IMG/VR virus record: IMGVR_UViG_3300012984_000011
Direction: 5' to 3' (one strand)
DNA length: 20,000 nucleotides
Source: an uncultured virus (IMG/VR IMGVR_UViG_3300012984_000011)
Taxonomy: Duplodnaviria > Heunggongvirae > Uroviricota > Caudoviricetes
The number at the start of each line of letters is the position of its first letter. Within the stretch, counting starts at the first letter, position 1. This document shows, piece after piece, positions 17,430 to 20,000 of this stretch. Position numbers and translations under genes: made by a program. Under the pieces are notes generated by a model that did not search any database, was not told where the DNA came from, and worked only from the letters and a program-made list of their open reading frames with translations.

Positions 17430-17437
17430 TTACACCA
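17430..17437 (-). promoter_or_regulatory. TGGTGTAA motif in the loop of a 7-bp inverted repeat
   Basis: TAGGGGT (17421-17427) and ACCCCTA (17438-17444) flank the motif, 8 nt before the clpX ATG. Confidence 0.7.
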
Positions 17438-17448
17438 ACCCCTAGAAC

Positions 17449-18198
17449 TCAAAGGATATCAGCGTAGACGATGCAAGGCTTGTTCCACTCTACGCCATCA
17501 CAGTAGACTTTACCCTTGGGTGAAATCACGCATATTCCACCCTCACCGAAATTGTTGCAGGTCTCTTGACCGTATCGGTTACTGACAGCTAACCACACTC
17601 GATTATCGACTGCGAAGTCCATCCACGTTGTGCTGGGGAAGCCGCCGTCCCCAAAGTTCGAGCTGAAGCAGACGATATCGGCGTCTCCTGCTTCGTAAAG
17701 GTCCGTTAGTTTGGATGACTTGTTCCGAATGTCGCGGCAAATCAGCAATCCTATGCGTTTGCCCAAGAAATCGATGATGGGGGGACTGGCTGTACCAGCT
17801 TCTGCCCAGAGGTAGTCGTTCCCCCATCGGTTCAGTTTGGCTACCTGTACGAAGGTCTGGTTGGGCAACATCAGAACTTGGCTATTGTAGAGTTTACCAG
17901 AGACATAATCCTTCTCCATCACCCCCCAAGCGATGGCTATCTGGTACTTCTTGGCCAACGCCCCCATCACCTCCATAGAACGAGGCGGGGATCCGGATCT
18001 CATGTAGTTAGAGATCACCTCTGCATATGGCTCAGCATCTTCAGAGCTCATGAAGCTGTAGCCAGTTGTGCACAATTCAGGGCACACGATCAATTCAGCC
18101 CCTTTTTCAGCGGCCTCAATGATCATCCTAGCTACCGTCCTAAGGTTGCCTTCCACATCCTTGAGTACGGGAGCGAACTGAATTGTAGCTATTTTCAT
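17449..18198 (-). CDS. carbon-nitrogen hydrolase (nitrilase superfamily)
   Basis: MKIATIQF start and E-K-C triad: CPELCTTGY, YNS..., AKLNRW, GLLICRD; SNRYG...G.I.VISPKG. Confidence 0.9.
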   Translation of the reverse strand: MKIATIQFAPVLKDVEGNLRTVARMIIEAAEKGAELIVCPELCTTGYSFMSSEDAEPYAEVISNYMRSGSPPRSMEVMGALAKKYQIAIAWGVMEKDYVSGKLYNSQVLMLPNQTFVQVAKLNRWGNDYLWAEAGTASPPIIDFLGKRIGLLICRDIRNKSSKLTDLYEAGDADIVCFSSNFGDGGFPSTTWMDFAVDNRVWLAVSNRYGQETCNNFGEGGICVISPKGKVYCDGVEWNKPCIVYADIL

Positions 18199-18230
18199 AG
18201 GCGTCCACCCTAGGGGAACCGATGAAAGCT

Positions 18231-18611
18231 TTAAGACGGCATAAACTGCCGATCCCACAGCTTGATGGCCGTCCCCTTGTAGACCCTCTTCAGCGTCGGG
18301 TCTCCGATGGCCTGCATGGCGGCAGCTGAGGCGATACCTTTCTTACCTGACGGCAACTTGACCGAATAGCCTCCCCCGTCCTGGTGCACCACACCTCGAC
18401 CATCAAGTAACAGCTGGCCCAGTATTTCTGGAACGTGTCTGCTGTCGGTTCTGAACCGCAAGTACTTGTTCTTCCCCAACAGAAGCACGCCCAACACCTC
18501 CAATTGGGTGAACTTTAGCTCCTTGGCGGCGGAGGTCTGCATGAAACGTTCGACCAGTTGGTGCGACGTTTCACTCTCTTTGAACTGAACTGCTACAAAT
18601 GTCATTGTCAT
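18231..18611 (-). CDS. hypothetical protein, 126 aa
   Basis: Clean ORF preceded by TGGTGTAA. Confidence 0.7.
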   Translation of the reverse strand: MTMTFVAVQFKESETSHQLVERFMQTSAAKELKFTQLEVLGVLLLGKNKYLRFRTDSRHVPEILGQLLLDGRGVVHQDGGGYSVKLPSGKKGIASAAAMQAIGDPTLKRVYKGTAIKLWDRQFMPS

Positions 18612-18618
18612 CGTCCAG

Positions 18619-18626
18619 TTACACCA
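18619..18626 (-). promoter_or_regulatory. TGGTGTAA upstream motif
   Basis: In the divergent intergenic region, 7 nt before ATG 18611. Confidence 0.7.
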
Positions 18627-18648
18627 AACAAAAGACTAATTGCGGCGT

Positions 18649-18673
18649 CTTAACTATTTCTCGAACCATCCGT
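18649..18673 (+). promoter_or_regulatory. putative promoter, class CTTAA-N17-CGT
   Basis: CTTAA-ctatttctcgaaccatc-CGT-9 nt-ATG(18683). Confidence 0.65.
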
Positions 18674-18682
18674 TCAATCATC

Positions 18683-18877
18683 ATGGCCGCCCAAACCTAC
18701 ACGGACCCCGAATTCAATCAACGAATCGATCGAATCGTCCAATACCTTGTTCGCGACCAGCCGGTCGATCAGTTCAATCCTTACGAAGTGGCGGCAGCCA
18801 AAGTGTTCCTCAAAGGCATCGAGGCTGAGCTAGCCGAAGAACAAAAAGCTGACGAAGCCTTAATTCAAAACCCCTGA
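18683..18877 (+). CDS. hypothetical protein, 64 aa
   Basis: MAAQTYTDPEFNQRIDRIVQYL...; start follows the promoter motif. Confidence 0.7.
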   Translation: MAAQTYTDPEFNQRIDRIVQYLVRDQPVDQFNPYEVAAAKVFLKGIEAELAEEQKADEALIQNP

Positions 18878-18883
18878 ATCCGT
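18858..18883 (+). promoter_or_regulatory. putative promoter, class CTTAA-N17-CGT
   Basis: CCTTAA-ttcaaaacccctgaatc-CGTTCTATCT, followed by AGGAG and ATG 18905. Confidence 0.65.
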
Positions 18884-18904
18884 TCTATCTGGTAGGAGAC
18901 ACCC

Positions 18905-19075
18905 ATGAAACCCTACGGCAATACCCCCAGCGAAAATCAGACCTGCCGCTACGGCTGCTGCACCCTCGGCACCATCAAGACCCGTCACCGCCCCAACGTC
19001 GACAAGCAGCACATCCGCCGCTCTCGCAAGCGTGCTCGCCGTCTCAACCGTGAATCCATCGAAGAGGCGGCCTGA
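18905..19075 (+). CDS. small basic protein, 56 aa (not in ORF track)
   Basis: AGGAG RBS; MKPYGNTPSENQTCRYGCCTLGTIKTRHRPNVDKQHIRRSRKRARRLNRESIEEAA; stops 3 nt before the next ATG. Confidence 0.75.
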   Translation: MKPYGNTPSENQTCRYGCCTLGTIKTRHRPNVDKQHIRRSRKRARRLNRESIEEAA

Positions 19076-19078
19076 AGC

Positions 19079-19381
19079 ATGTCCTATCTGGCACAACCAA
19101 AAGACCCGTTCCGAGATGTCCTCAAAGCGATGACTGGCAAGGAACCTCCTGCTTTCGTGAAAGGGTACGGATCAAGGGATTTGACGGATCAACAGCAGAT
19201 GGAACTGCAGGATTGGTGCAGCTCCAATGCGGAGCCCTTCTGGCTGACTGGCATTGGCTTGTGGGAAGCGGCCGAACAACAAGTCAAAGAAGCTGTCAGT
19301 AACGGCAACATCCCACGCGATCCGGAAGAGCCTCCAAAGCCAAAACGAGTTCAACGCAATTATTTCAGGTCTCAAAAATGA
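19079..19381 (+). CDS. hypothetical protein, 100 aa
   Basis: Clean ORF with ATGA overlap to the next gene. Confidence 0.72.
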   Translation: MSYLAQPKDPFRDVLKAMTGKEPPAFVKGYGSRDLTDQQQMELQDWCSSNAEPFWLTGIGLWEAAEQQVKEAVSNGNIPRDPEEPPKPKRVQRNYFRSQK

Positions 19382-19629
19382 CTGATGAATTCGAGATCAA
19401 AGCGAAGGCAAACGATGGGTCAGAGCGTGTTTGGAATCGATCCAAACTCGAAGTCGCCAAATCGATTGCCAACTCGGCGGTCAAGAAGCTCGGTTTCACG
19501 ATAGCGATCGTCGTCAACATCCATGGGGGTCATCGGAGCCAGCCGATCTATGTGGTTCTCGATGTGGACGTTGACGACGATGATGACGACTATCTGCCGC
19601 CCGTCTTGGGTGGGGTCACTTATTCTTAG
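19378..19629 (+). CDS. hypothetical protein with acidic tail, 83 aa
   Basis: Coupled to the upstream gene; poly-Asp near the C-terminus. Confidence 0.65.
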   Translation: MTDEFEIKAKANDGSERVWNRSKLEVAKSIANSAVKKLGFTIAIVVNIHGGHRSQPIYVVLDVDVDDDDDDYLPPVLGGVTYS

Positions 19630-19993
19630 CAGGCTTACGCTTAGGCGTAGCAGGCTTACGGTTCCTAAGGACCTTATTGCGTGCGTGCTCGGCGGCATGA
19701 TGTGCCAATTTATCCAAAGAGGGATTTGGGTCTAAAGTCCTCCCACGGTCTCGTTTTGCCAACTCTTCTACAGTCGGAACTACCGTCCAGCTCTGGATCT
19801 CTCCTTCGGTGGGAAGTCGATCTCGAAAAGTTATCGCGTAGCCGTACTCTTCCAACGGGACATCTCTGGTAGGTACGCCCCTTTGAGGGTAGTTTAGGGC
19901 GCCTGGTAGCTTGTCCTTAGGTATTTTGATGTTGGGTGGAGCCGAGATGCACAACAGCATGGCGGACTTCTCGCTCATCGTATGTTCAACCAA
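19616..19993 (-). CDS. hypothetical protein with basic tail, about 120-125 aa
   Basis: Convergent ORF ending RKPATPKRKPAKNK; start at 19993 or 19978. Confidence 0.6.
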   Translation of the reverse strand: MVEHTMSEKSAMLLCISAPPNIKIPKDKLPGALNYPQRGVPTRDVPLEEYGYAITFRDRLPTEGEIQSWTVVPTVEELAKRDRGRTLDPNPSLDKLAHHAAEHARNKVLRNRKPATPKRKPAKNK

Positions 19994-20000
19994 CTGATCG

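Noticed and set aside
19627..19660. 13-nt direct repeat TAGCAGGCTTACG, two copies with 21-nt period
   Set aside because: Explained by the coding repeat RKPA..RKPA in the minus-strand ORF; only two copies, so not a CRISPR array or iteron set.
1..20000. tRNA, rRNA, CRISPR array, or stop-codon reassignment
   Set aside because: There is no intergenic space or repeat-spacer pattern for such elements, and genes are intact and tightly packed under the standard code with all three stops in use.

Overview
This window looks like 20 kb of a large (jumbo-type) bacteriophage genome. It is densely packed, mostly minus-strand, with many overlapping stop/start codons and many short orphan ORFs. Recognisable genes are: a truncated HNH endonuclease (not in the ORF track), a CinA/PncC-like + HxGH nucleotidyltransferase fusion, a 1026-aa protein with two tandem HExxH zincin domains, a type IB DNA topoisomerase, a DHH phosphoesterase, a HigA-like HTH protein, a YkgJ cysteine-cluster protein, a winged-helix nucleoid-like protein, a DUF1848 radical-SAM-like protein, ClpX and a nitrilase-family amidohydrolase. 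The most interesting signals are not standard features. (1) A short peptide motif, roughly [R/Q/L]-V-[A/V]-x-[R/K]-[F/Y]-x-x-A, recurs about nine times at N-termini, C-termini and domain junctions of four otherwise unrelated proteins, including the topoisomerase; it may be a capsid-packaging/processing tag. (2) At least two, possibly three, classes of conserved upstream DNA motif (CTTAA-N17-CGT; TGGTGTAA; weak YYNATHGG) sort the genes into groups. (3) Hairpins occlude several start codons. The phage origin and all functions are inferred from motifs read by eye; no database search was run.
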